Source: Escherichia phage vB_EcoM_UP17. Taken from it: a stretch of 64,000 bases of DNA. The first letter of the stretch is position 1; every line of letters starts with the position of its first letter. The translations under genes and the position numbers were made by a program. The DNA lies in sequence record LR746137; one strand, 5' to 3'. Of the stretch, positions 9,966-19,804 are shown one piece after another. The notes beneath the pieces were generated by a model. The model saw nothing but the letters and a program-made list of their open reading frames with translations, had not been told where the DNA came from and made no database searches.

Positions 9966-11742
9966 AATAGTTGCTATCCGTAGGCAAATTAGCAGGATTG
10001 TTGAAATACTGCTCTTTGTCATGCAGAGTTGCAGTTCTAATGTCATAGTAAAACTGCCCTGCCGGACCAGTTTCCGAGAACTCACGGTTTTTTAGGATAA
10101 AGCAATGAGTCGTATTGCGTTCTACAGGGTCTTCAGCGGCTTTATCTCGTTCCAGAGCCAAGGTAATACCAGCACCTTTAGCCAAGAAACTACTACCCAT
10201 TGCATCGTCCTCTGTTAAGTGTTCATTGCCACCATTAGCCGATTTCTTAACGTGTGAGATGACGATAATAGTTATAGCATACTCTTTCATGATGCGCTTC
10301 AACCATGTTGCTAACTCTTCCTGGGCTTGAACATCCATACCAGAAAGCAAATCAGAATAAGGGTCGATAACAAGAATTGTTACTCCAAAATAGATGATCA
10401 TCTCCAAAACTTTTTCTTTGATAGACTCCACATCTGCTCCACGATCATCACACACATAAAAACGTGGTGATCCATCTTCTCTTTCGTAAAAATCTAGGAT
10501 TTTTTCTTTATTCTCTTCCAAGATTTGAAATTTCTCTTCCGGTGTTTTCCTGTGTAGAGGAATATGCAGGAACGAGGACAACAGGTTACGAGAATATTTC
10601 TTATAAGTTGCTTCCAAGGACAGAATACCTAGGGTATGTTCTGGGTGCGCAACAATAATATGTTTGGTGATCTCGTTCACCATCAAAGTTTTACCGATAC
10701 TGGTCTTTGCCAGGATAACTGTAATCTCTTCCTCTACTAAACCACCACCCAGCATGTTTGCAGCTACACGCATAAAAGGAGGCAAGGTAATCATCTTGGA
10801 TTCCAAGCATTCTAATGCGGCTTCATACAAGACATTAGAAGCATAAACACCTGCTGGGGTGTATAGACGAGCACTCCAAAAAGCTTTTACGAAATCTTTT
10901 GCACGACCTTCTTCCAGATACTGATTGGCATCCTTAAGATCCATCTGCATACGGTAGACTTTGTTACGAGGCAGCACCTTAACAATATTTTCAAATGCCT
11001 CATTACCTGCTTTGTCATTATCCATGCAAACAATAATCTTCTTAAATTTTTCAAAGAAAGGGTATTGTGCCTGAACTTGTTTATACATACTGGTTTCACC
11101 AGTTGTGCCACTAACTACTGCTGGGAGTTCATATTTGTTGTCCAAGTTTTCAGACAGCATTTGATAAGCTGCCAGAGCATCGTGTTCACCACCTGTAATT
11201 ACCACAGTGTGAGAACGGTCTGCAAAACGAATTTGTCCAAAAAGATCTACATCTTTACCTACTTGACCAATAGGTTTACTGAAATCTTTAGGATGAATAC
11301 GACGCTTAAAACCAACCAATTCTTTACCGATGGTAGTTGGATATAAACAACTTTCTACTACCATCTGGTCCCCTTCCTGACGGTATTCATAACGAACACC
11401 ATAGAAAGATGAAACTTTTTCTTTAATGCCTCGATAACCACGTGGGTTGGTTGATGTTTCTTGAACAATTTTACGATGAATCTGTTTATTAAATTCCGAA
11501 CCCACAATCTCCTCCTCTTCTTCTAAAACTTCACCATTTTCTCGTAACCATTCTACGCTAGGAATAGTGTATTCACACGCAAAGCACTTAGCACCTTTAT
11601 GCTCTCCATTAGAATCTAATCCATAAACCATCAGGTTATTACGAGAGCGATCCTTGCCATTTTTCATGCAGCGCGGACAACCTGTATGCCCTTCCTTGCT
11701 AAGATCAACATCAAATCCATATTTAGTTATAATGTGCGACAC
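9964..11742 (-). CDS. Primase-helicase (T7 gp4-like)
   Basis: N-terminal Zn ribbon CPRC...CFAC, TOPRIM (GGEHD...MDNDKAGN), Walker A AKTSIGKT. Confidence 0.85.
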   Translation of the reverse strand: MSHIITKYGFDVDLSKEGHTGCPRCMKNGKDRSRNNLMVYGLDSNGEHKGAKCFACEYTIPSVEWLRENGEVLEEEEEIVGSEFNKQIHRKIVQETSTNPRGYRGIKEKVSSFYGVRYEYRQEGDQMVVESCLYPTTIGKELVGFKRRIHPKDFSKPIGQVGKDVDLFGQIRFADRSHTVVITGGEHDALAAYQMLSENLDNKYELPAVVSGTTGETSMYKQVQAQYPFFEKFKKIIVCMDNDKAGNEAFENIVKVLPRNKVYRMQMDLKDANQYLEEGRAKDFVKAFWSARLYTPAGVYASNVLYEAALECLESKMITLPPFMRVAANMLGGGLVEEEITVILAKTSIGKTLMVNEITKHIIVAHPEHTLGILSLEATYKKYSRNLLSSFLHIPLHRKTPEEKFQILEENKEKILDFYEREDGSPRFYVCDDRGADVESIKEKVLEMIIYFGVTILVIDPYSDLLSGMDVQAQEELATWLKRIMKEYAITIIVISHVKKSANGGNEHLTEDDAMGSSFLAKGAGITLALERDKAAEDPVERNTTHCFILKNREFSETGPAGQFYYDIRTATLHDKEQYFNNPANLPTDSNY

Positions 11743-11754
11743 TTTGTTCTCCTG

Positions 11755-12033
11755 TTAAAATGGTTCGTTAGTCTCCATCATATATTCTGCTTCTAGTTCT
11801 TCCATGTGCTTTCTAAATTGGAAAGCAATTTCTGCTACAGTTACATTTAAATCTTTTTCAAAAACTTCTGTAGAGCCTTCGTAAAAACGAATACCGTCAA
11901 TTAAAAGCCCTCCGTGGTAATCCCAATCACTTTCACGAGAAAGCGGGTTAGGCTCTTCATAATAGTAATCCACCTCCACGACTAAGGCTTTCCCGTTACG
12001 AGTGGTGTATTCAAAATCAAAAGTGTTAATCAT
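11755..12033 (-). CDS. Hypothetical protein
   Basis: 92 aa acidic ORF. Confidence 0.45.
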   Translation of the reverse strand: MINTFDFEYTTRNGKALVVEVDYYYEEPNPLSRESDWDYHGGLLIDGIRFYEGSTEVFEKDLNVTVAEIAFQFRKHMEELEAEYMMETNEPF

Positions 12034-12977
12034 TATAGCTCCTCAAATAAAAGTCTACGACGCTCATTCAACACATCAATGTGATAATGAGTCCTGACAT
12101 ACTTAGCTAATGCTAATCCTTTCTCCATGCAAACATCGGGAGCACTTAATAAGTATTCCGTAATATCTTTCCACTCGGAAGGTGTTTCAGCAAAGAATAG
12201 CAGATCTTTAAACTCTTGTGTATGATAATTCTCACGAGGAGAACAGATCAAAGGTAAACCCTTAGCACCTGCCTCAAGAATTTTAAGATTGCTTTTTGCA
12301 TTGTTAAACACGTTATCAATCAATGGCGCAAGACTGATTTGATGACCATCGTAAGATTCCATGTAGTTGGCATATGGTCTTACACCTTCATAAACACAAG
12401 TTGGTGCTACATTTTCTCTGATCACAGACCATTCACGACTACTTAAAACTTCAGAATCCCTACGAAAACCACATATTGTAAGATCTTTACCAAAATCGGG
12501 CAAGATAGCCAAATCTTGTTTATGTGTTTCACTTCCAGCCCAGACTAATGGAGTTTTGGAGTAGCGATCACGGGTCAACACAAATTGGCCTTCATCGTAA
12601 GGAAGTCCATTAGGGATTATGTGCACATTATCATTGTATTGTGAAAGTTCAACTTGCAAAGCAGGTGTCGTAGTTGTAACAAGATCGCTGTGCTCTAAAA
12701 ACCATTTTAAATGTTCACGAATACCTGATTCAAAAATACCTTCTAACATGTGTCCTTTTGGAATAACTAAAGAGTCATCCAAATCCATAACCATTTTAAA
12801 GCCTAGGTTTTTAAGGGCTAAAAAGCCCTCTTTACCTTTTGTTGGCACCCCGTTAAAAACGAAAACGTTGTGTTTAGGTTGTGAAGAGAACTGCCTTGAG
12901 TAAGGCAGCACTACCCTATGGAAATCGCAGACACTATAATTGATTCCGTTACGATTGTCAAGAATTATTTGTCCCAT
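12033..12977 (-). CDS. Glycosyltransferase, GT-B fold (paralog A)
   Basis: IIPNGLPYDEGQF and KILEAGAKGLPLICS motifs; paralog of 12985-13932. Confidence 0.5.
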   Translation of the reverse strand: MGQIILDNRNGINYSVCDFHRVVLPYSRQFSSQPKHNVFVFNGVPTKGKEGFLALKNLGFKMVMDLDDSLVIPKGHMLEGIFESGIREHLKWFLEHSDLVTTTTPALQVELSQYNDNVHIIPNGLPYDEGQFVLTRDRYSKTPLVWAGSETHKQDLAILPDFGKDLTICGFRRDSEVLSSREWSVIRENVAPTCVYEGVRPYANYMESYDGHQISLAPLIDNVFNNAKSNLKILEAGAKGLPLICSPRENYHTQEFKDLLFFAETPSEWKDITEYLLSAPDVCMEKGLALAKYVRTHYHIDVLNERRRLLFEEL

Positions 12978-12984
12978 ACTTCAC

Positions 12985-13932
12985 CTACAAACTTTCAATA
13001 ACCTGGCGTCGCAACTCGTTTGCATCTGCCAGATTATAATGTGTTCGAACATGTTCAGCCAAGAACAAGCCACGATCTTCCCGATAGTTTGGATTGCGAA
13101 GAAGCTTAACAATTTCGTAATGCCATTCTGCTTTATTCTCTGCGTAAGCAACAGCGCGAGCATCTACAGGGTTAAAATAAGGTAATACCTTAGAACAAAC
13201 AATTGGAATACCTTTTGCTCCAGCTTCCAGGATTTTGAGATTACTTTTACAATTATTAAAATCATTATCTACCAAAGGAGCTATAGCAATAGCATGACTT
13301 TCGTAAACACTCATGTAATTATCTAAATCTTTTACAGCGGCTTTATATTTGGCATTTGGTAAATTTCTGCGAATCTTAATCCACTCTTGTCCTGTGATGC
13401 TTTGTGATGCTTCATATCCCGCAATAGTAAGAAGTTCATCATCGAAAGTATTAGAGACTAGTCGTAAGTCTGGTTCGTGACTAGCACCGCCAGCCCATAC
13501 AACAGGGGTACCGGATGAACGATCATTTGACAAAGTGAATTGTCCACTATCAAAAGGAAGTGCATTTCGGATCACAACAACATTCCTATTTAAGTGACGG
13601 ATCTTATATGCCAAATATTCCGTGGTTACAATAACCACATCCGCAAGCTTAACCATAGCTACAATAGCATGAGTGTTTGACTCGTATAGACTTGCTAAAT
13701 AATGTTCTGGATTGAGTTGGTAGAAATCATCTAAATCTACAACAATCTTAACACCTTGACGTTTCAAAGATAAAACGTATTCTGCACCTTTAGAGTGGAT
13801 ACGGTTAAACACAACAACATCTTTCTTAGGTTGAATATTATTGTTGTTAAAGGGCATAACAATACGATGATAGTCACAACCGCTATGAGGTTTTGCATCA
13901 ATTTTTAGTTTAGACCATTTTTTATTTGACAT
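12985..13932 (-). CDS. Glycosyltransferase, GT-B fold (paralog B)
   Basis: VIRNALPFDSGQF and KILEAGAKGIPIVCS motifs. Confidence 0.5.
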   Translation of the reverse strand: MSNKKWSKLKIDAKPHSGCDYHRIVMPFNNNNIQPKKDVVVFNRIHSKGAEYVLSLKRQGVKIVVDLDDFYQLNPEHYLASLYESNTHAIVAMVKLADVVIVTTEYLAYKIRHLNRNVVVIRNALPFDSGQFTLSNDRSSGTPVVWAGGASHEPDLRLVSNTFDDELLTIAGYEASQSITGQEWIKIRRNLPNAKYKAAVKDLDNYMSVYESHAIAIAPLVDNDFNNCKSNLKILEAGAKGIPIVCSKVLPYFNPVDARAVAYAENKAEWHYEIVKLLRNPNYREDRGLFLAEHVRTHYNLADANELRRQVIESL

Positions 13933-14605
13933 GTGCTAGTGCCTCCTCATAGGAAATTCGGATTTTCCCATTTTTAATATCCTCTAAAGATGCTTTATAT
14001 TCTTCCCAGTTAATCCCAATAGCAGCTTCTTTCTCTTCTTTTGTCAGATTAGCAAAAGGCATAGGATTGTTTCCAAAAACATCGTCTGGGTGGATATAAG
14101 CCATGATACGAAGTGGACAAGGTGTTGCCTGAATACCATGATTCAAACCAGCAGCTTGCAAACGGTGTCCCCATTCAGCATCTTCAAAACCATAACCGTG
14201 AGTGTAAGGACGGAAATAACCCATCTTCTCAACAACGGCACGAGAATACATTGCAAATTGACACATTGCAAGTTCCCAGAGAATAACTTCTCCTTTGCTT
14301 CCAACAACTTTATCTTTGAAATACTCCGGCATACCAAAGAAATCCCATCCTCCAGAGACAGCTTGATCTACAAAGTATGTTTCCCATCCCTCCATGACTG
14401 GGTAGCAATCGTCGTCAAAAATAAACCAATAATCATAACCTTCTTCATAAAACTGGTGCATAAGTTCATTCCTGGCATAAGCTACACCTTTACGATCTGG
14501 ATCGTTGAATACTCGAAAATCTGCACGTGGATCTGTTACAAGGTAGTCTTTAAGTGGACGGACACCTACAGTGATAACACCCACTCCGATTTTAATATTT
14601 TCCAT
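13922..14605 (-). CDS. Glycosyltransferase-like, GT-A fold
   Basis: DxD-type FIFDDDCYP, GYGFEDAEWGHR. Confidence 0.4.
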   Translation of the reverse strand: MENIKIGVGVITVGVRPLKDYLVTDPRADFRVFNDPDRKGVAYARNELMHQFYEEGYDYWFIFDDDCYPVMEGWETYFVDQAVSGGWDFFGMPEYFKDKVVGSKGEVILWELAMCQFAMYSRAVVEKMGYFRPYTHGYGFEDAEWGHRLQAAGLNHGIQATPCPLRIMAYIHPDDVFGNNPMPFANLTKEEKEAAIGINWEEYKASLEDIKNGKIRISYEEALAHVK

Positions 14606-14613
14606 TTTCTCTC

Positions 14614-15177
14614 CTAAATAGTTTTACTGTGATCATGACAGTGTAATAAATGATGTATAGACCGTTGAGGATTTGTTTGACCTAATCTGTAAATGTGAAA
14701 CAGATACATTCCCCGCATCAATCCTAACCTCTTTCCTTTTTCATGTAAAGTGCGAGAGAAAATTAAGTCGAATTGGATAGATTTTTCTTCGAAAGGAATT
14801 TCATTCCACAATGATTTTCTAAAAAGCAAAAAGAAACCTGCCAGAGGTGTTCCGAAAGGAACTTCTTCAACATTTACTTTATGATATTCTCTTGCAATCT
14901 TAGCATATTCTATATGGTTTAGAATATCGGGATCATCGTTAATTTGGTTAGAGAAAAGCTGATAACCACTACCTAACCTGTTACAAGTTGCACCTATTAC
15001 ATCAAAAGGCGGGTTTGACATAACAAGCTCTTCAAGCAAAGATGGTTGATCAGGTAGGAGGAACATCGTATCGGTATCTCTTAAACACACCCAACTATCA
15101 TCTGGAAGAACGGCAATGGCTTCATTGATAGCCTTGCCGATATTTCCTGTCAGATAGGGAGTAATATAATAAATCAT
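14614..15177 (-). CDS. Glycosyltransferase-like, GT-A fold (tentative)
   Basis: LRDTDTMF DxD-like motif. Confidence 0.3.
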   Translation of the reverse strand: MIYYITPYLTGNIGKAINEAIAVLPDDSWVCLRDTDTMFLLPDQPSLLEELVMSNPPFDVIGATCNRLGSGYQLFSNQINDDPDILNHIEYAKIAREYHKVNVEEVPFGTPLAGFFLLFRKSLWNEIPFEEKSIQFDLIFSRTLHEKGKRLGLMRGMYLFHIYRLGQTNPQRSIHHLLHCHDHSKTI

Positions 15178-15193
15178 TCTCCCCTCCGTTATA

Positions 15194-15385
15194 TTAACTG
15201 TCGGCTACAATCCCACGTTTAATCATTTCCTGTTGGATCTGGATCACACGATCTCGTGCTTCCATGTATTCTTTAAAAGATTCTTGGAGATGATCACGAG
15301 CTACATCCCGTAGTTTAATCAGTTTGTCGTTTGTCACTTCTTGAAGAGAGATCTCGCCAGTTTCATTGGTCCCAAGCGTTTTCAT
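15194..15385 (-). CDS. Hypothetical small protein
   Basis: 63 aa ORF. Confidence 0.4.
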   Translation of the reverse strand: MKTLGTNETGEISLQEVTNDKLIKLRDVARDHLQESFKEYMEARDRVIQIQQEMIKRGIVADS

Positions 15386-15641
15386 TTACAACCTCCTTAA
15401 TAGCTACTGCACAGTTCTTACAAATACATTGACCTTTGTTCTTAGAAATTTCAATGTAAGGTTCATTTTCGTTTTCTCCGCGTCGTGAGTCGTATATTAC
15501 TGTATTGAAGCAGACAACGCAAATGTTTTTAATAACGACATATTTTTGCACTTTTTGTTTAGTGCGAAAATTGACTTCAATGACTTCTCCCATCAGTGAA
15601 TCTCCCCTAAAATGTTGTTTTGAGACATTACTGCGGAGCAT
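15363..15641 (-). CDS. Small Cys-rich zinc-finger-like protein
   Basis: CVVCF...CICKNC. Confidence 0.4.
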   Translation of the reverse strand: MLRSNVSKQHFRGDSLMGEVIEVNFRTKQKVQKYVVIKNICVVCFNTVIYDSRRGENENEPYIEISKNKGQCICKNCAVAIKEVVNENAWDQ

Positions 15642-15940
15642 TCTACAGCATCATGAGTCCTTGCAAAACGCTCCCACAACACAGCATCTACTTTAAGGAC
15701 CATACAAGGATAAATACTGTCGTTAATCATGTCAATGCTATATTTATCTACATCCTTTTCATCTTCCATAAACAGAGTAGCATATGCTTCCAAATGTTTA
15801 CGGGTGTAGTATACATCCTCTTCGGTAAGACCAACAACCAGGTAACTTGCTACAACAACAGTATTATCTTCTTGCATTTTAACTCCCCTTTGGTAGATAG
15901 AAACCATGCACTTTATCTCGATAAACAAGACGCATATCAC
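15593..15940 (-). CDS. Hypothetical protein
   Basis: 115 aa ORF; start may lie downstream of the overlap. Confidence 0.4.
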   Translation of the reverse strand: MICVLFIEIKCMVSIYQRGVKMQEDNTVVVASYLVVGLTEEDVYYTRKHLEAYATLFMEDEKDVDKYSIDMINDSIYPCMVLKVDAVLWERFARTHDAVECSAVMSQNNILGEIH

Positions 15941-16400
15941 GTTCCCAGTGTGTCCTTATATTCCGTTTCTTGAAGTATAGCGCACCTTTAGTAACATCTA
16001 AAACAGATCGCAATTCAGGAAAATGTTTCTCTAAATAAAGTAAACGCTCCGCTATTGCTTTTGCTTCCTGCCACTTATCTTTCTCTGTTACGTTAAAAGT
16101 TTTCGCATATGAGAATTGCCCTTTCTGGAACAAGACTCCTCTGACTGTGTTAGGGAAATAAGCATCATTTCTTCTGTTGATCACTACATTCCCAACGGCA
16201 TTCATTCCTTTTTTACCCAGACCGCGACCTTCTGCGTAAATTGCACAAGCTAATAGAATTTTATCATTATATTGCTTTGTACATTTGTGAACTACTTTAG
16301 CGGTTTTTACGTTTGCAGCTTCGGCTTTCGCCATAACAGGTGTAAATGTAAAAGCAGTTAAGGATAGTAACGCAACTGTTACAAAGTTTTTTATCAGCAA
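15879..16400 (-). CDS. Secreted cell wall hydrolase (SleB-like)
   Basis: N-terminal signal peptide, CAIYAEGRG...VGNVVINR motif. Confidence 0.55.
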   Translation of the reverse strand: MLIKNFVTVALLSLTAFTFTPVMAKAEAANVKTAKVVHKCTKQYNDKILLACAIYAEGRGLGKKGMNAVGNVVINRRNDAYFPNTVRGVLFQKGQFSYAKTFNVTEKDKWQEAKAIAERLLYLEKHFPELRSVLDVTKGALYFKKRNIRTHWERDMRLVYRDKVHGFYLPKGS

Positions 16401-16500
16401 ATTTTGCCTCCTTTTTAAGTTAACGAACTTCTAGTATAACACGATAGAGGCTTTATTGCAAGAGGGGGATTTCTCCCCCCTCAAAATCATTTGTTAATTA

Positions 16501-17103
16501 TTATGGACATTCATACCATTCTTTTTTACCACCGAAGGCCATCACCACATCGCAAATATCCAGACCAGCTTTACCTACACCATATGCTTTCAGCTTCCAT
16601 TCCCCATCTTCACGAACCAGCGAAGCCACGTGGCAGATTGTGTTGCCAGCTACTTCAGGAGCCAGGAAGTCAAAATCCAGAATTTCCACATTGCGCTCGG
16701 AGTCGAAGATTTTAAGCATACCTTCAGAAGCATGACCAAAACGTTTCAGACCTGTATCATCATCAATGGTCAGAACAAAGGCAATCTCTTGTGCATCAGG
16801 AGAGATTTTAGCCAGAGTAATATCAATCTGCTCCATGCTGCCAGTTCCATCACGAACATCGTCACCAGCGAAGGTAGAACGTTCAGGATCAAACTTGTTA
16901 GCATAGCAAACCAGATGACGTGCAGACAGCATTTCAGGATTGCCAGCGGCATTATGACGACAAACCAGTGCACTTACATCCAGATCCAGTTTAGAATCAG
17001 ATTTCCAAGAGAATTCCAGGCGCAGTTCTTTCAGAGCCGGAGCAACTTTCTTCAGGGAAATTTTTTCGCTAGAACCTTTTTTCAGGGAAATTTTATCAGT
17101 CAT
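16501..17103 (-). CDS. terD: TerD-family protein
   Basis: 200 aa, ISLKK N-terminus, LDLDVSA, Ca-binding-like GDDVRDGTGSMEQI. Confidence 0.7.
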   Translation of the reverse strand: MTDKISLKKGSSEKISLKKVAPALKELRLEFSWKSDSKLDLDVSALVCRHNAAGNPEMLSARHLVCYANKFDPERSTFAGDDVRDGTGSMEQIDITLAKISPDAQEIAFVLTIDDDTGLKRFGHASEGMLKIFDSERNVEILDFDFLAPEVAGNTICHVASLVREDGEWKLKAYGVGKAGLDICDVVMAFGGKKEWYECP

Positions 17104-17118
17104 CTTTTGTCTCCTCTA

Positions 17119-17388
17119 TTATTTAAGTGTAATACCAGTTACAGTCAATTCTACTTCCAAAAGCTTAGATGTGTTTTGGATTGATACTAATTGTGCATGA
17201 TGGTTTAGTTCTACAGCAGAATAATCATTTTCCCCATCATCTACTTTTAAATAAACAATGATTTCACTAAGGTCTAAACCATTTTCGTCAAATGCATTTT
17301 CATAGACGAAAGTATCTCCTACATCCAAATCTTTAATGGTAAGGCATCGTTTATTTACTTTTTGCTCATCAATTTCGAAGTTTAACAC
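17119..17388 (-). CDS. Hypothetical protein, paralog of 18410-18688
   Basis: Shared DLDVGxTF...GLD...TxITLK with 18410 ORF. Confidence 0.45.
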   Translation of the reverse strand: MLNFEIDEQKVNKRCLTIKDLDVGDTFVYENAFDENGLDLSEIIVYLKVDDGENDYSAVELNHHAQLVSIQNTSKLLEVELTVTGITLK

Positions 17389-17617
17389 TTCTTCCTCCTA
17401 ATGTTATCTCCGGTTTGTATATACGAAGAATTATAGCATTTTCATTTTCTTTGTCAACCCATTCTTCATAATCGGGCCATACATGAATCTCTACTCTACT
17501 TACAATATCTTCCATTCGCACAGTCCCAATGAAATACTCTTTGAGACTGCGCATAATGAAAGCTTCTCTCTCGCGCCAATAATTTTCTACGACTTGAGAG
17601 GCAAGCTCGTCGATCAT
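17369..17617 (-). CDS. Hypothetical protein
   Basis: 82 aa ORF. Confidence 0.4.
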   Translation of the reverse strand: MIDELASQVVENYWREREAFIMRSLKEYFIGTVRMEDIVSRVEIHVWPDYEEWVDKENENAIILRIYKPEITLGGRSVKLRN

Positions 17618-18408
17618 TTTTTAGCACCTACTTTAACAACCCACTCTCCGAACTCTTCAGATAAGAGTTTGTCATAAAGCTCTGAATCTGTCAAGTCTAA
17701 ATCTTTAATGCCAATAAAACCAACATTATCATAAGCATTTGCCAGTTCTTTCAGGAAGCCAAACTTCTCATTACCAACGCCAACCATGAACCAATAAATA
17801 GGTTTATTCTTATTCTCTTCAATAAGACGACGAACAGCACTAGGATCACCATTCTCACCATCCGTTTGGAAGAATACAACACCAGGGGTAACGTCAGCAC
17901 CTGGTTCAGATACAGCTACAACCTTTTCACGCTCTACAGATACTGTTTCAGTTTTACCAAGCAGACGATTAAAGAAGCCTTTCTTTGGAGCCTCCTCTTG
18001 TACCACTTGTTTAGTGGTAATATATTTGGTAACAGTGCCAAAATACTCGTCGTAGATATCTGCCATTACAGGGGCGTAGTTTGTTCCACCTCCGATACGA
18101 ACATTACGCATACATTTACCAACATAATCATCGTAAACGTCTGCTGTTGCTGGGGTAAGCTCTTGAGAACTCGTATTGAAGGCCCACATATCAATTTGTT
18201 CATTATCGTCGAACAGCATACCAAAAGGAAGCAGTTTACCTACAAAATCACTCACTACCCCACTAGAATATAGACCATGCATACTACCAGAAATATCTAG
18301 AGCACATGCTACACGAAGAACAATCTTACCTTCATTCAGGTTCTTATTCTTTTTCAGAGAGAAAGCAAGGTTTTCTTGACGTTTTTTCAGGCTGATTTTC
18401 TCGGACAT
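17614..18408 (-). CDS. vWA-domain protein (TerY-like)
   Basis: MIDAS motif DISGSM, ISLKK N-terminus like TerD. Confidence 0.55.
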   Translation of the reverse strand: MSEKISLKKRQENLAFSLKKNKNLNEGKIVLRVACALDISGSMHGLYSSGVVSDFVGKLLPFGMLFDDNEQIDMWAFNTSSQELTPATADVYDDYVGKCMRNVRIGGGTNYAPVMADIYDEYFGTVTKYITTKQVVQEEAPKKGFFNRLLGKTETVSVEREKVVAVSEPGADVTPGVVFFQTDGENGDPSAVRRLIEENKNKPIYWFMVGVGNEKFGFLKELANAYDNVGFIGIKDLDLTDSELYDKLLSEEFGEWVVKVGAKK

Positions 18409-18409
18409 A

Positions 18410-18688
18410 TTATTTCTCCTTCTTAAGTGTAATATTGGTAACTTCTAAATCTACTTCCACCATATTTGTATCTGGTGGGATGCAATGAGTATAGCCTCGT
18501 TGTGCTAGTGATCCATTAATACAGATCGCACTGTTTGTGGAATTTTTAATGAACACCAAGTTACGGTAGGTATCCAACCCTGCGTCTTCATAGGCATCAT
18601 AATACATGAATGTGGCCCCTACGTCAAGATCTTCGAAAGCAATAGGTAAATCCTGACCTTTTTCTTCTTGAATATTGAATCTAAACAC
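18410..18688 (-). CDS. Hypothetical protein, paralog of 17119-17388 (start revised to GTG)
   Basis: GTG at 18688 sits 5 nt after GAGGAGG and removes the 74 nt overlap with upstream gene. Confidence 0.4.
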   Translation of the reverse strand: MFRFNIQEEKGQDLPIAFEDLDVGATFMYYDAYEDAGLDTYRNLVFIKNSTNSAICINGSLAQRGYTHCIPPDTNMVEVDLEVTNITLKKEK

Positions 18689-19244
18689 GCATACCTCCTC
18701 TACCAATTTTGAAGCCCAAATCGTAAGCTTCCTTAGTGATCTTTTGTAACTCACTTATAGGAAGTGTTACAAGAGGATCATCTTCTTCAATTTCCATCTT
18801 GTCATCTTCTGTTTCAATGAGAGTATTATGCACTTTGTGATAAGGGTTGTCAACACGTTTAAACTTATTCTTTTCTGTGCTGAAAAAACAATCTGGATCT
18901 TCTTCACCATCACCCCAACCTTGATTAGGATCTCCGTCAGATTGTTCTGTAGGGATTTCACCTGTAAAGTACTCTTCCAGCACCATAGCAATACCGTCCC
19001 TTGGATTTGAGGAATGCATTAAATCACAAACCTTACCCCAATCCATAGCCCATTCGAACCGTTCACGAACGCCATTTTCATCCTCTTTTCCAGAGAAAAC
19101 ACAACCATAACTATCATAGTTGCCATACATCTCTTCAATAACAACACCGTCTTTCAAAAGAAAGAGGTAGCAAGGTGATCCGTCGAAAGAAGTAGAAAGG
19201 GCAGCTTTGCCCGATTCTTTGCACAAAAAACTAAAACAACCCAT
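18681..19244 (-). CDS. Hypothetical protein
   Basis: 187 aa, acidic C-terminal half. Confidence 0.45.
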   Translation of the reverse strand: MGCFSFLCKESGKAALSTSFDGSPCYLFLLKDGVVIEEMYGNYDSYGCVFSGKEDENGVRERFEWAMDWGKVCDLMHSSNPRDGIAMVLEEYFTGEIPTEQSDGDPNQGWGDGEEDPDCFFSTEKNKFKRVDNPYHKVHNTLIETEDDKMEIEEDDPLVTLPISELQKITKEAYDLGFKIGRGGMRV

Positions 19245-19441
19245 TACAAACCCTCCTTCAGATTATCAAGAGCTACAGTGGTTTCACAAAATTCTCCATA
19301 AGCTTTATGATGTTCCAGAAAAGCTTCGGGTCCACCCCAGTCATTATCTTGTGTATTCCAGCCATCAATAAAAGCATCTTCAATGATTGTGATCAGTTCC
19401 TGTCGAGTCAACGTAATGGTATCAGGCTTTGGATTATGCAT
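19244..19441 (-). CDS. Hypothetical small protein
   Basis: 65 aa ORF. Confidence 0.4.
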   Translation of the reverse strand: MHNPKPDTITLTRQELITIIEDAFIDGWNTQDNDWGGPEAFLEHHKAYGEFCETTVALDNLKEGL

Positions 19442-19607
19442 CTTCTTCCTCCTCTAAAATATGAAACCCATAGCTACAATAGTCCTGAAAGGTTTCGTGT
19501 GCAAGATCTTCTATATCCTCTTGAGACATATCATCTTCAATTTCGATATCCACAACCTCATTGCATCCACACCAAGCAGTTTCAATATTCACCCGTAATA
19601 TTTTCAT
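19434..19607 (-). CDS. Small acidic ORF (57 aa), not in ORF track
   Basis: ATG 19607 overlaps upstream stop (TAATG), GGAGGAG SD, hand-translated codon by codon. Confidence 0.35.
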   Translation of the reverse strand: MKILRVNIETAWCGCNEVVDIEIEDDMSQEDIEDLAHETFQDYCSYGFHILEEEEDA

Positions 19608-19804
19608 TACTCCTCCTCCTCATTGAAGTCAATATCTGCAAGGAGTTGGAATTTACGGAAGTTACGACAACCTTCATAAATATAACAATCACGACAAACT
19701 GCTAGAACACTTGGGGGATATATGCCTCCCATCGGTGCGAATCGTTTTTCGTCATCATAACGGACACCAATGTCTTCATCAATTATATAGATACGGATTC
19801 TCAT
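19607..19804 (-). CDS. Small Cys-rich protein
   Basis: 65 aa ORF. Confidence 0.4.
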   Translation of the reverse strand: MRIRIYIIDEDIGVRYDDEKRFAPMGGIYPPSVLAVCRDCYIYEGCRNFRKFQLLADIDFNEEEE

